DNA of 64,000 nucleotides from Planctomycetota bacterium (lineage in GTDB: Bacteria > Planctomycetota > GCA-002687715 > CAIWVZ01), in the NCBI GenBank assembly GCA_044222185.1, contig JBGANV010000001.1, positions 224,001-288,000 of the forward strand, in the 5' to 3' direction. Within the stretch, counting starts at the first letter, position 1. Each line of letters starts with the position of its first letter. Of the stretch, positions 29,315 through 39,723 are shown piece after piece. The notes under the pieces are model-generated. The model was not told the DNA's origin. It saw only the letters and a program-made list of their open reading frames with translations, and made no database searches. Position numbers and translations under genes: made by a program.

Positions 29315-29974
29315 TCACCGGCCCGGAAGGACGCTGCGCTCGGCCAGGATCTCCACGACCTCATGGTCGTCCACCTGCCGGAAGTCGTCGTAGTAGTCAC
29401 CGATGGCGACCAGATCGGTCGGGGCCGTGAGCGTGCAGATGCCGTGGACGTCGGCTGCGAAGGAACGGATGGACGACGCCGCCGCGACCGGGACGGCCAG
29501 GATGATCCGTCGTGCACCTCGTTCGCGGGCCAGCATGACGGCAACCCGCGCGGTCGCCCCGGTCGCCAGGCCGTCGTCCACGATCACGACGTCCTTCCCG
29601 CGAATCACCGGGCGTGTCCGATCGGCGACGAAGCGGCCGATTCGGCGTGCGAGCTCGCTCTGAGCCGTCTCGACGGCCTTGTCGACGGCATCGAGGTCGA
29701 GCCCTGCGGCGTCGACGGCGTCATGGTCGATGTACTCGACTCCATCCTCGGCGACCGCTCCTACGGCGTACTCGGGGTTGTCCGCCGGCGTGACCTTGCG
29801 AACGACGAAGACATCCAGGGGAGCGCCGAGCTGTCGTGCCACGGCGTCCGCGACGACGACACCTCCGCGAGGAAGGCCGATCACGATCGGTGAGATCCCT
29901 GGAAACGAAGTGAGAACGCTTCGGCCCAGGAGTTCGCCCGCTTCCCGGCGATCGCGGAAGATTGGCGCGTCCAT
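29315..29974 (-). CDS. Type I phosphoribosyltransferase family protein
   Basis: FRDRREAG, GLPRGGV, VIVDDGLATGAT, AIGDYYDDFRQV. Confidence 0.9.
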   Translation of the reverse strand: MDAPIFRDRREAGELLGRSVLTSFPGISPIVIGLPRGGVVVADAVARQLGAPLDVFVVRKVTPADNPEYAVGAVAEDGVEYIDHDAVDAAGLDLDAVDKAVETAQSELARRIGRFVADRTRPVIRGKDVVIVDDGLATGATARVAVMLARERGARRIILAVPVAAASSIRSFAADVHGICTLTAPTDLVAIGDYYDDFRQVDDHEVVEILAERSVLPGR

Positions 29975-30072
29975 GGTCGACCTCCGATGTCGCGGAATGT
30001 ACAGCGGAGGCTCGTCATCAACCGACAGGTCTTGTGCGTAGCCGCAAAGTGCGAAGCGACGGCCGCGCGCGA

Positions 30073-31785
30073 TCACTGCGCGCGATAGGGTCGGTACACC
30101 GGTTCCCACATCACGGCATCGACCCGCGCATCGATCTCGGCCTCCGTGAAATCGCGACTCGCGCGGGCTTCCACGATGGCGCGTCCCACGGCACGGGCGA
30201 CGTCGCCGGAGACGGCGCGCAGCGACTCGATCGGCGGGAAGATCGGATCTTCGCGCTTCGTGAGCGTGCTGCTGTACTCGGCGACGGCTTGGCTTGCAGC
30301 CAGGAATACCGAGTCCGGCAACCAGCGGGCGCCGACGGCGATCGCGCCGAGACCGACGCCTGGGAAGATCAGCGCATTGTTTCCCTGTCCGACGGCGATC
30401 TTCGCGCCCTGATAGTCGACGGGCGGGAACGGGCTGCCGGTGCCGATCGTCGCGGCGCCGTCGGTCCAGCGGATGATGTTCTCGGGAGTCGCCTCGATCT
30501 TCTTCGTCGGGTTGCTGAGCGCGAGGATGATCGGCCGCGGGCATCCGGCGTGGATCGCGCGCACGATGTCCTCGGTGAACGCGCCGGGCTGTCCGGAGCA
30601 TCCGACGACGATCGTCGGCTTGAAGCCACGCACGACGTCCATGAGTCCGAGGGGGCCGGAGCCTGCCGGCCGGAAGCTCTGGACGAGGGAGGTGGGGGCC
30701 GCGAGCGCCGCCTTGTGGCCTGAAAGACCAGGGCGGTCTGCGACGATGAGGCCACGCGAATCGAGAAGCACGACGCGGTCACGAATTGCGGCGTCGTTCA
30801 AGCCCGCGGCGGCCATGAGCCCGCGGACGGACATGGCGCACCCGCCGCCGGAAGCCCCGGCGCCGTAGAAGACGACGCGTTCGTCGCGGATGGAACGGCC
30901 GAGGCGGTGCAGCGCCGTCTCGATGCCGGCCGCGACGATGGCGCCCGTCCCCTGGATGTCGTCGTTGAAGCAGGCGATCCGCGTCCGGTACCGCTCGAGG
31001 ATCGCGAACGCGTTGTCGTTGGAGAAGTCCTCCCACTGAACGACCACGCCGGGGAGCACCGCGGCGATCGCCTCGACGAGCTCGTCGAGGAGTTCGAAAT
31101 ACGGAGCCCCGCGCAGGCGCTTGTGCCGGACGCCCAGGTAGAGCGGGTCCGCCAGCAGCGCTTCGTTGTCCGTGCCCACGTCGAAGTCGATGGGGAGGCA
31201 CGCAGCCGGATGGATCCCGGCACCTGCGGTGTAGAGCGCGAGCTTGCCGATGGGGATTCCCATCCCGCCCACGCCGAGATCGCCGAGCCCCAGGATTCCC
31301 TCGTTGTCGGTGAGGACGATGATCCGCGCTTCCTCACGCCGTGCCGCGCGGAGGACGTCGATCATGCGTCCCTTGTCGCGCGTGGAGATGTAGATGCCGC
31401 GGGGTCGCCGGAAGATGTGGCTGTACTCTTCGCACACACGTCCCACGGTCGGCGTGTAGATGATCGGCGCCATCTCTTCGATGTGGTCGATGACGAGCCG
31501 ATAGAAGAGCGTTTCGTTCCTGTCCTGCAGGGCCGAGAGGAACAGGTATTTCGCGACGTCGTCCTTGCTGCGCTGGTAGTTCTCGTAGGCGCGGAGCTGC
31601 TGCTCCTCGAACGTCGAGATGGCCGGTGGGAGGAGACCCTCGAGCCCGAGGGCCCGTCGCTCCTCCGCCGTGAAACAGGTTCCCTTGTTCAGGAGGGGGT
31701 CGTTCAGAAGCGCCTGGCCGCGCTTCGTCACTCCCAGTCCCATCTCGATCGAAAACGAACCGGCCCTGGTGTCTCCGCGACTCAT
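30073..31785 (-). CDS. maeA: NAD-dependent malic enzyme
   Basis: LNKGT, LQDRNETLFY, PIIYTPTVG, ILGLGDLG, IGKLALY, QWEDF, FNDDIQGT, GAGASG, LSNPT, GQGNN. Confidence 0.95.
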   Translation of the reverse strand: MSRGDTRAGSFSIEMGLGVTKRGQALLNDPLLNKGTCFTAEERRALGLEGLLPPAISTFEEQQLRAYENYQRSKDDVAKYLFLSALQDRNETLFYRLVIDHIEEMAPIIYTPTVGRVCEEYSHIFRRPRGIYISTRDKGRMIDVLRAARREEARIIVLTDNEGILGLGDLGVGGMGIPIGKLALYTAGAGIHPAACLPIDFDVGTDNEALLADPLYLGVRHKRLRGAPYFELLDELVEAIAAVLPGVVVQWEDFSNDNAFAILERYRTRIACFNDDIQGTGAIVAAGIETALHRLGRSIRDERVVFYGAGASGGGCAMSVRGLMAAAGLNDAAIRDRVVLLDSRGLIVADRPGLSGHKAALAAPTSLVQSFRPAGSGPLGLMDVVRGFKPTIVVGCSGQPGAFTEDIVRAIHAGCPRPIILALSNPTKKIEATPENIIRWTDGAATIGTGSPFPPVDYQGAKIAVGQGNNALIFPGVGLGAIAVGARWLPDSVFLAASQAVAEYSSTLTKREDPIFPPIESLRAVSGDVARAVGRAIVEARASRDFTEAEIDARVDAVMWEPVYRPYRAQ

Positions 31786-31803
31786 TGGCTCATACCCCTC
31801 AGA

Positions 31804-33111
31804 CTACTTCCGGTCCTCGATCCGCACGTACCGGCGCAGCCCGGGGCCGGTGTAGACCTGGCGCGGCCGGCTGATGCGGAAGTCGGGATCCCGGCGCATC
31901 TCACTCCAGTGAGCGATCCACCCGGGCAGCCGTCCGAGGGCGAACATCACGGTGAACATGTTCACCGGGATCCCGAGCGCCTTGTAGATGACGCCCGAGT
32001 AGAAATCGACGTTCGGATACAGCTTGCGGCTGATGAAGTACTCGTCCTTCAGGGCGATCTCTTCGAGCTGCATGGCGATCTCGAGCAGACGGCTCGAACC
32101 ACCGAACTTCTGGACGACTTCCGTGCACGCGCGCTTCAGGATCGTCGCGCGCGGATCGTAGTTCTTGTAGACGCGATGGCCGAATCCCATCAGGCGCGCA
32201 TTGCCCTGCTTGTCCTTGGCTTTCGAGACGTAGGCCTGCACGGAGTCGCCACCCTGGGCGATCTCCTCCAGCATCTCGATGACCTCCTGGTTCGCACCGC
32301 CGTGAAGCGGACCCCACAGGGCGCTGATTCCCGCGGAGATGCAGGCGAACAGGTTGGCCTTGGAGCTGCCGACCATGCGCACGGTGCTCGTGGAGCAGTT
32401 CTGCTCGTGATCGGCGTGGAGGATCAGCAGCAGGTCCAGGGCCTTCGCGGCGACGGGATCGACGCGGTATTCCTCGCACGGCGTCGCGAACGTCATGCGG
32501 AGGAAGTTCGAGGCGTAGTCCAGCGAGTTCATCGGGTAGACGAAGGGCTGGCCGAGCGAGTGCTTGTACGACCACGCCGCGATCGTGGGCATCTTGGCGA
32601 CCAGGCGGATCGCTGCTTCCGTCACGTTCGCGCTGTCGCCGAGGTGGTCATAGAACGTCGACAGGGCACCGACCGCTGCAGCGCAGACGGGCATGGGGTG
32701 CGCATCCTTCGGCAGGGCGCCGAAGAACCGGCCCAGGTCCTCGTGGAGCATGGTGTGGCGGGTGATCGCCGTCGTGAACTCGGACAGCTGCTGCTTCGAC
32801 GGGAGTTCGCCGTTGATTAGGAGCCACGCCACTTCGAGGAAGCTCGCGCGCTCCGCCAGCTCTTCGATGGGATATCCCCGGTAACGGAGGATGCCCTTCT
32901 CGCCGTCGATGAACGTGATCGCGCTCCGGCACGCACCTGTATTCCCAAAACCGGGGTCCAGCGTGATCGCTCCGGTGGTGTTGCGGAGCTTCTCGATGTC
33001 GACCCCCACCTCGCCCTCCGAGCCGATGACGACTGGGAGGTTGATCGTGCGGTCTCGGAACGTGAACTGAGCCTGGCCATCTCCCGCCGATACGGGCTTC
33101 TCGCTCGCCAT
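31804..33111 (-). CDS. gltA: Citrate synthase (type II-like)
   Basis: DPGFGNT, IDGEKGILRYRGYPIE, HPM, LHADHEQNCST, GPLHGGAN, GFGHRVYK, YPNVDFYSG. Confidence 0.97.
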   Translation of the reverse strand: MASEKPVSAGDGQAQFTFRDRTINLPVVIGSEGEVGVDIEKLRNTTGAITLDPGFGNTGACRSAITFIDGEKGILRYRGYPIEELAERASFLEVAWLLINGELPSKQQLSEFTTAITRHTMLHEDLGRFFGALPKDAHPMPVCAAAVGALSTFYDHLGDSANVTEAAIRLVAKMPTIAAWSYKHSLGQPFVYPMNSLDYASNFLRMTFATPCEEYRVDPVAAKALDLLLILHADHEQNCSTSTVRMVGSSKANLFACISAGISALWGPLHGGANQEVIEMLEEIAQGGDSVQAYVSKAKDKQGNARLMGFGHRVYKNYDPRATILKRACTEVVQKFGGSSRLLEIAMQLEEIALKDEYFISRKLYPNVDFYSGVIYKALGIPVNMFTVMFALGRLPGWIAHWSEMRRDPDFRISRPRQVYTGPGLRRYVRIEDRK

Positions 33112-33445
33112 GAGAGGAGTCCTTTCCACTGGGCTTCGACCGCGAAGGGCCGCGGCCGAGCCGCGGCAGCACACCATTCCGGTCGATGCGACGGGGGAGT
33201 GTACCGAGACTCCGTCGCCATCGCGTACGGCTGAATGCGCACGGGCCGGTACGGCCGCGGAGGGGTGTCCGGCGTCGGGGATGACTTCACTGCGCTGCGC
33301 GATCGGCCGCAGGGTTTCGCCAAGTTTTCTAGGAAAAACGCCGCGCATCCCAGCCTGCCAGCCGTCGAGGCCGGGTTGGCCGGAGCGGGGTCGTCCGTGG
33401 AGGGGGTTGTTCCCGCGGCACGCAGATGCGGCCTCCGCCCGGGCC

Positions 33446-33946
33446 TCAGCCCCGAGGGCCTCGGGGCCCCGGACCGCTCTCGCAGGCGCGCCGCCACACC
33501 GCCAGCATGCCGGCGTGAGCGGCCGTGTGCCCCGCCAGCGAGTAGATGACGGCGTGCCCGATCGTCGGCAGGCGGCTCCGCCACCGCACGTCGGGCAGAG
33601 GTGCGCGCAGGCCCGACTCACCGAGCTCGTGCAGACGGTCCGTCACGCGCCTTTCCCCGTCTGCGAGGGCCTGAAGAAGTGCGTCGGTCGCCGGGTAGGC
33701 GGCGTCGGCGCCCAGTGCCGTGCTTCCCGGCGCGAACAGACGGGTCCACTCGTCCGACAGCCACCGTGGGATCCCCAGTTCGTCCCCGATCGCCTGGCAG
33801 GCGAACGTGACGTGTCCCAACGTCCACGCGCCATGGCAGCGGATGCCCGCAGGTTGGCGCGTCATCTCCGTTGGCGAAAGGCCCGTGCAGGCCTGGCGGA
33901 TCTCCGTCAGGCTCATCCGCCAAACGGTCAGGACTTCGTCGATCAT
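33446..33946 (-). CDS. DinB / bacillithiol-transferase-like four-helix protein
   Basis: HGAWTLGHV and HTAAHAG metal-site pattern. Confidence 0.75.
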   Translation of the reverse strand: MIDEVLTVWRMSLTEIRQACTGLSPTEMTRQPAGIRCHGAWTLGHVTFACQAIGDELGIPRWLSDEWTRLFAPGSTALGADAAYPATDALLQALADGERRVTDRLHELGESGLRAPLPDVRWRSRLPTIGHAVIYSLAGHTAAHAGMLAVWRRACESGPGPRGPRG

Positions 33947-34133
33947 GGGGGGATCTTATCCGCGGTTTGGACTGCCCTACGGAGTGGATCGTCGCCCAAG
34001 CGGACGCATCGCCTCCGGCCAGCGGGCACGCCGAGCGCGCACGATTCCGGCGTCCGTCACACCGCGCGAGGGTGTGGGGTGCGATCCCGCGCGCTGTCGC
34101 GTGCCGGTCCGACGTGGAGCGACGAGTGACCCC

Positions 34134-34820
34134 ATGGAATCTGAATCAACCTGCTCGACGTTGATCCGGGCCGCCGCCAGCGGTGACCAATCCAAGCGTG
34201 AAGAGTTCGTGCGGCGCTATGGACCGGTCATTCGCTCGTACTTCGAGTCCACCGCGCGCACCTGGTTGCCGGGGCCCCTCGTGGACGACGCCGTCCAGGA
34301 CGTGTTCATCGAGTGCTTTCGGGTGGGCGGCGTCCTCGATCGGGTCGACGATGACAGGCCCGGCGGGTTCAGGGCATTCCTCTTCGGCGTCGTCAGGAAC
34401 GTCGGCCTGCGAATTCGCATGCGGCAGGCTCGACAGCGCGAAAAGGAGGCTCCGGGCGAGTTCACCTTCGACGCGTTCGAGACGGACGAGACGGACGCCC
34501 CGAAGCGATTCGACGAGGCCTGGGCGGAGGGCCTCATGAAGGAGGCCGCGACCGTGCAGGCCGAGCGGGCACGATCCAGAGGAGTGGACGCGACGCGGCG
34601 CGTCGAGCTCCTCCGCTTGCGGTTCTTCGAAGCGCTCCCAATTCGCGACATTGCCCAGCGATGGGGCTCCGATCCGGCGACGCTTCACCGCGAATACGCG
34701 AAGGCCCGCGGGGAGTTCCGCGACGCATTGCGTGAGGTCGTGAGTTTCGACCATCCGGGGACGAGCGACGAGATCGACGCGCGATGTCTCGAGTTGCTGA
34801 TCTTGCTGGGGCGGCGCTGA
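34134..34820 (+). CDS. ECF sigma factor (kinase-associated, planctomycete type)
   Basis: EEFVRRYGPVI, DDAVQDVF, FRAFLFGVVRN, FDEAWA, region-4 helix-turn-helix PIRDIAQR. Confidence 0.85.
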   Translation: MESESTCSTLIRAAASGDQSKREEFVRRYGPVIRSYFESTARTWLPGPLVDDAVQDVFIECFRVGGVLDRVDDDRPGGFRAFLFGVVRNVGLRIRMRQARQREKEAPGEFTFDAFETDETDAPKRFDEAWAEGLMKEAATVQAERARSRGVDATRRVELLRLRFFEALPIRDIAQRWGSDPATLHREYAKARGEFRDALREVVSFDHPGTSDEIDARCLELLILLGRR

Positions 34821-34897
34821 AGTCGGGCGGGGATGGGCCCTCGTCGGCGTTGGACTCCCGATCGAAACAGCTCGCGCGAAACCGTTCGGCCGGATGA

Positions 34898-37800
34898 ATG
34901 AGAAGCGGGGGCGACCCCCTTCGGAGCGCAACCGGAATGGATGAAGCACAACCATCGCCGCGACCTGACCCGACAGATTCGCTCTGGGAAACCGCCATGC
35001 GCGCCGAATTCGGGCGGGAAGGCGATGGGGGTCATTCGCACCGTGACCCGTCGTCGGAACTCTGGGTCGGCGGGTCCCTTGGCTCACTTGCCGTGAGCGG
35101 GCTGCGGGCAGTCGACAACTTCGCTCTCGTCGGTGAGATCGGCCGCGGCGGGATGGGGGTCGTGCTCAAGGCTCGTGACGTCATCCTCGAGCGCGACGTG
35201 GCGGTGAAGTTGTTCGCGGGACACCCGACCAGGCCTGAGGAGTCCGCCCGGTTCGATCGCGAATGCCGCGCGATCGCCAAGCTCGATCACCCCAACGTCG
35301 TGCCCATCTACGCCGTCGGCAAGTGCGGCGGCCTTCGCTACTTCGCCATGCCGCTCCTGCCCGGCGCCTCCCTCGCGGGCAGGCTTTCTGCGATGCGGGC
35401 GGCGGGTACCCGCGGCTTTCCGCCGCGTGACGCCGCCAGAATCGCGGCCGGCATCGCCAGCGCGCTCGTTGCCAGCCACGGCGCGAACGTCCTCCACCGC
35501 GACCTGAAACCGTCGAACGTGTTGTTCGACCGCACCGGCGAACCCATGCTCATCGACTTCGGCCTGGCGCGCGATCAGGATCGCGACGACCCGACGCTCT
35601 CCATCGGGTTCCTCGGTACGCCGCGCTACGCCGCGCCCGAGTGCCTTTCAGGCCGAAGCCGGAACGACGTCCGGCTGGACGTGTTCGGGCTCGGCGCCGT
35701 GCTCTACGAGATGCTGACGCTGCGCCCGCCGCGTTCTGGCGAGACGCTGTCCGAGATCCTCGCCGAGGCGCGGGACCGCGAGCCACTGCCGCCGCGCCAG
35801 CTCGACCGACGCGTTCCGAGAGACCTCGAGACGATCTGCTGCAAGGCCTTGGATTGCGATCCGGAGCGTCGGTATCGGACCGCCGCCGATGTCGAGGCCG
35901 ACCTGCGCAGTTTCCTCGACCACCGACCCATCGCGGCGAAGCCCGCCAGTGGCTCGTTGCGGCTGCGGCGGTGGGTCCGCCGCAACCCTTCGAAAGCCAC
36001 GTTGGCCGGAGTCTCCATCGCGGTGCTCATCGGGATGCTGGTGTGGATGTTCGCGCCGGCCGGGGTCGTCGTCGAGACGGAGCCGCCGGGTGCGGCGATC
36101 CTCGTGGACGGAGCGGACACGGGGTCCGCGACACCGGCACGTGTTTCTGCATGGCCTGCGGGCCGACACGAGATTCGCGTCCGCCTGCCGGGCTACGAGC
36201 CACAGGCCCGCGTCGCGCCGAGTGAGCACACGACGGATGGGAGTCCGGTGCGCTTCACGCTCGTCCCCGTGCGTGGATTCTTGACGGTGACATCACCGCT
36301 CAGCGGGGTGCGGGTCGAACTCACGCGAAACGGTGTTTCCGCGACGATGTACGCGCCGTTCACCGACACGAGCGTCGATGCGGGCAGCTACACCCTTCGT
36401 GCGTCACTCGCCAACTACAGGGATCGCCGGCAGGACGTCGTCGTGCGCGAGGGGACGATGACGCGCGTGAACGTCGACTTGGAGCCCATCCTCGTTCGCG
36501 ACATTCCGCTCGACGGCGCCGCGGCGGGCGGCCTGGCCGCGGCCGATTTCGACGGGGATGGGACTCCCGACCTGGCCGTCGTGAGTCGGACGCGACCGGA
36601 ATACGGCACCCTTTCGCTTCTGGACGTGGTGAGCGGTGCGTCCGGGCTTCGCATCTGGAACCGGGGACTCGGACCGCGGGATGGCGTGTCCATTCTCGTC
36701 CTACGGGACTTCGATGGGGACGGCGTGCCGGACGTCGCGCTCGCGTGCTGGTCGCATGGACGGGCCGGTGACGTGTTCGTCTTCTCCGGTCGTACGGGAG
36801 CGCGGCTGTGGCATCGGGTCGGCCCGACAGCCGTCCTGCGGCTCGAGGCCGCCGGGCACGAGACGGATGGGACGCCACGGCTGGTCGCAATCCTTCAGGA
36901 TGGGTCGGTCGAAGGATATTCCGTTCGAAGCGATACGCTCGTGTTCCAGCGGTGGCTCTCGGAGAACGGGAAAGCCGACGCCATCTCGCTCGGTTGGGTC
37001 TGGGATTCAGGCGACCAGGGGCCGTTGATCGCGGGCGGGTGGCCCGATGGTCGGTTCCGCGTGCTTCGTGCGGATGGCTCGGCGACCGCCATCCGCATCG
37101 GTAGCGAGCCGACTGCCGTCGTTCGGCCGTCGGCTGATTGCGACGATGTCGTCGTCGGCTGCAAGGACGGGTCGGTGCACCTGTTGACGCGAGGCGGTAG
37201 TCGTGAACTCGATCGGCTCGAAGGCGGCGCCGTCCTTCGCCTGATCGCCGTGCCCGATCGGAATTCCGATGGCGTCTCCGACATGCTCGTCGCCTGCGGG
37301 GATGGATCGCACGACGTCGTCGCCATGCCGGGCGGCGCTCTCTTGGCGCGTATTCCCGCCGCGGAAGCCGAGGTTGCGGCCAACGATGCCATCCTCGCCA
37401 GCTCGAGCGGCGGCGAGGGCGACGTGGCGTTTGCAGAGAACACGACCGAGGGGCGCTCACGTAACGTGGGCTACGTCCGGTGTACGTCGGTCGATGGGAG
37501 CCGCACCCAGGCGTTTTGGCTCCAGGACTGCATCGCCGTCGGCTTGGCGGCGGCCGATTTCGACGGCGATGGCCTGGAAGACGTGGCGGTCGCGTTCGCG
37601 AACTCCGTATCGCACTCGATGTCGGTGAAGATCCTGTCGTTCCACCCGAGGGGAACGCTTTGGCGCTTCGCCACCGGCGGTCGCGTCTGGTCTTCGCCCG
37701 CAACGGCAGACTTCGATCGCGACGGCCGTCCCGACGTGGTGATCGGATCGAACGACGGCAATCTCTACGCGCTCAGCGGCCGTGATGGCCACGTTCTCTG

Positions 37801-39466
37801 GACAGTGGCGACGAAGGGGGCGGTGTGGTCATCGCCCGTGCTCGCCGACCTCGACGAGGACGGCATGGTCGACGTCGTCGTCGGGTCGGACGACGGTCGG
37901 TTGTACGCCACGTCAGGAGTGGACGGGTCGTTGCTGTGGCCGCCAATCGACACGGGTGGCGAGGTGAGCTGCACACCCGCGCTCGCGAGGGTCGATGACG
38001 ACGACGTGCCCGACATCGTCGTGGGTTCGTTGGCGGGGCACGTCCACGTCGTGTCGGGGCGAACGGGGAGAGAGCTGCGCCCGCCGCTCGGCCCATCCCC
38101 CTCGGGCAGGAATCACGGTTTCTACGCCACTCCGATCGTTCGTGACCTGGATGGCGACGGCCGTCCAGAGATCATCGCACCCAGTTTCGACGGCAAGGTC
38201 CACGTCTTCGCCGGCCGCGGGGGTGTGTTTTGTGACCCCCTCGGCGGCGGAGGGACGATGCACTCGAGTCCCGCCTGGGCGGACATCGACGGAGACGGAA
38301 CGGAAGAGCTGGTGCTCGGTACCGGGACTGGCGAGCTGTGTGTGCTCCGCGGTCTTCGAGGCGCGTTGAAGGGGACGCGCCTTCGTTGTTCGAAGATCAA
38401 CTCCTCTCCCGCGCTCGGGGACTTGGATGGCGTCGGTGTATTGGATGTCGTCGTGGGAAGCGGCTGCGATTTCGATGGACAGGACGTCTCGGCGATCTCA
38501 GGCGCGGATCGATCGGAGCTGTGGGTCTACCGGACGGGCCGGGGGACGTGGTCGACACCGGTGCTGAGGGACGTCGACGGCGACGGTGAGCTCGATGTCG
38601 TCGTCGGTTCGGCCGACTCGCACCTCTATGTCCTCGGTGGACGCGACGGCGCGTTGTTGTGGAGATTCCACATCGGGGCCGAGACCCACAGCCGTGCAGC
38701 GCTCGCAGACCTCGATGGAGATGGCGTCCTCGAGGCGATCATCGGTGGCTGGGACGGCGCCGTTCATGCGGTTTCGTTGAGCGAGAACTCATTGCGGGCC
38801 CGACGCCGCAACCTGGATCCTTGCACGCGGGCGCTGCAGAGCCTTGCGGCGTTCGATTACTCGGCCGTGATCGGGGAACGGGACCGCGATCCTCACCCCT
38901 CCGCCCTGCTGCGGTTTGCCGCCGGTGTCGCACGGCTCCAGCGTGGTGCCGAGCGCGACTCTCTCGTCGAGCTTCGCGCGGCTGCCGCCGCAGGCCTGCG
39001 CGCGCCCGGCCTCTCGATTCACCTGATGTCGTGCGCGCTGATCGCTGGGGAGCCTCTCGACACCGACGTCATCGCCGCAGGTATCGCCGTCGACCCCGTC
39101 GGCTTCGCCGATGGCATGATCCAGCAACGCGACTTCCGCGCGAAGATCGACGTCGGCGTGGAGCGACGCGCACTCGAGGGGATTCTCCGAGTCCTTCCCA
39201 CCCGGACCGATCGGGAGCGTCTCGTTTTCAGCACCGTCGCGCTCTTCGCCGGGGTCACCGCAAATCCGCCCGCACCCGATCGATTCGAAGGTGACCCCGT
39301 GTTTGCCGATCTTGCGCGCATTCTGGCGCGAGCCGACGAAAGCCTTGCGAGGACGGCGACGCACACCTCCGACCAGACGTACACGACGCCGGGGGCGCGA
39401 CTCGTCGGTCGAATCCCGCAAGAGGCTCCAGCGCTTCGCCAGCTCCTCCGCATGGACGCGCGATAG
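34898..39466 (+). CDS. Membrane Ser/Thr kinase with PEGA domains and FG-GAP/PQQ-type beta-propellers
   Basis: IGRGGMG, VAVK, HRDLKPSN, DFGLA, GTPRYAAPE; TM AGVSIAVLIGMLVWMF; PEGA VETEPPGA.ILVDG; many SSP...D.D.DG..DVVVGS repeats; alternative start 34937. Confidence 0.9.
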   Translation: MRSGGDPLRSATGMDEAQPSPRPDPTDSLWETAMRAEFGREGDGGHSHRDPSSELWVGGSLGSLAVSGLRAVDNFALVGEIGRGGMGVVLKARDVILERDVAVKLFAGHPTRPEESARFDRECRAIAKLDHPNVVPIYAVGKCGGLRYFAMPLLPGASLAGRLSAMRAAGTRGFPPRDAARIAAGIASALVASHGANVLHRDLKPSNVLFDRTGEPMLIDFGLARDQDRDDPTLSIGFLGTPRYAAPECLSGRSRNDVRLDVFGLGAVLYEMLTLRPPRSGETLSEILAEARDREPLPPRQLDRRVPRDLETICCKALDCDPERRYRTAADVEADLRSFLDHRPIAAKPASGSLRLRRWVRRNPSKATLAGVSIAVLIGMLVWMFAPAGVVVETEPPGAAILVDGADTGSATPARVSAWPAGRHEIRVRLPGYEPQARVAPSEHTTDGSPVRFTLVPVRGFLTVTSPLSGVRVELTRNGVSATMYAPFTDTSVDAGSYTLRASLANYRDRRQDVVVREGTMTRVNVDLEPILVRDIPLDGAAAGGLAAADFDGDGTPDLAVVSRTRPEYGTLSLLDVVSGASGLRIWNRGLGPRDGVSILVLRDFDGDGVPDVALACWSHGRAGDVFVFSGRTGARLWHRVGPTAVLRLEAAGHETDGTPRLVAILQDGSVEGYSVRSDTLVFQRWLSENGKADAISLGWVWDSGDQGPLIAGGWPDGRFRVLRADGSATAIRIGSEPTAVVRPSADCDDVVVGCKDGSVHLLTRGGSRELDRLEGGAVLRLIAVPDRNSDGVSDMLVACGDGSHDVVAMPGGALLARIPAAEAEVAANDAILASSSGGEGDVAFAENTTEGRSRNVGYVRCTSVDGSRTQAFWLQDCIAVGLAAADFDGDGLEDVAVAFANSVSHSMSVKILSFHPRGTLWRFATGGRVWSSPATADFDRDGRPDVVIGSNDGNLYALSGRDGHVLWTVATKGAVWSSPVLADLDEDGMVDVVVGSDDGRLYATSGVDGSLLWPPIDTGGEVSCTPALARVDDDDVPDIVVGSLAGHVHVVSGRTGRELRPPLGPSPSGRNHGFYATPIVRDLDGDGRPEIIAPSFDGKVHVFAGRGGVFCDPLGGGGTMHSSPAWADIDGDGTEELVLGTGTGELCVLRGLRGALKGTRLRCSKINSSPALGDLDGVGVLDVVVGSGCDFDGQDVSAISGADRSELWVYRTGRGTWSTPVLRDVDGDGELDVVVGSADSHLYVLGGRDGALLWRFHIGAETHSRAALADLDGDGVLEAIIGGWDGAVHAVSLSENSLRARRRNLDPCTRALQSLAAFDYSAVIGERDRDPHPSALLRFAAGVARLQRGAERDSLVELRAAAAAGLRAPGLSIHLMSCALIAGEPLDTDVIAAGIAVDPVGFADGMIQQRDFRAKIDVGVERRALEGILRVLPTRTDRERLVFSTVALFAGVTANPPAPDRFEGDPVFADLARILARADESLARTATHTSDQTYTTPGARLVGRIPQEAPALRQLLRMDAR

Positions 39467-39723
39467 GGGGCGTGCGACTGGGAATGGTCCGCGGTCGTAC
39501 CCGCGGTCGTGCCCTCCGAACGGCCGCGGGCCTGCGGACGCTCGCCCGGTCCAAGTGAGGCCGCCGTGCATTTTCTGGACGCCCGGCGCGAAAACCACGT
39601 TCGGCGAGAACCTGGAAACGGAGCCGGAAGCACGCGCCTGTTCGAGTGATCTGCGACGCACCTGTCGTTCGGAGCGATCACCAGCACGTGTCGTCGAGCC
39701 TCGCTCCGCTTGAGGGTGCACAC

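Noticed and set aside
21517-33111. ppsA, malic enzyme and gltA as a novel metabolic island
   Set aside because: Ordinary central-carbon enzymes, on different strands and interspersed with unrelated genes.
36500-38760. Recurring GAC-rich DNA repeats suggesting an array
   Set aside because: They encode FG-GAP DxDxDG protein repeats; no constant repeat-spacer structure or cas genes, so not CRISPR.
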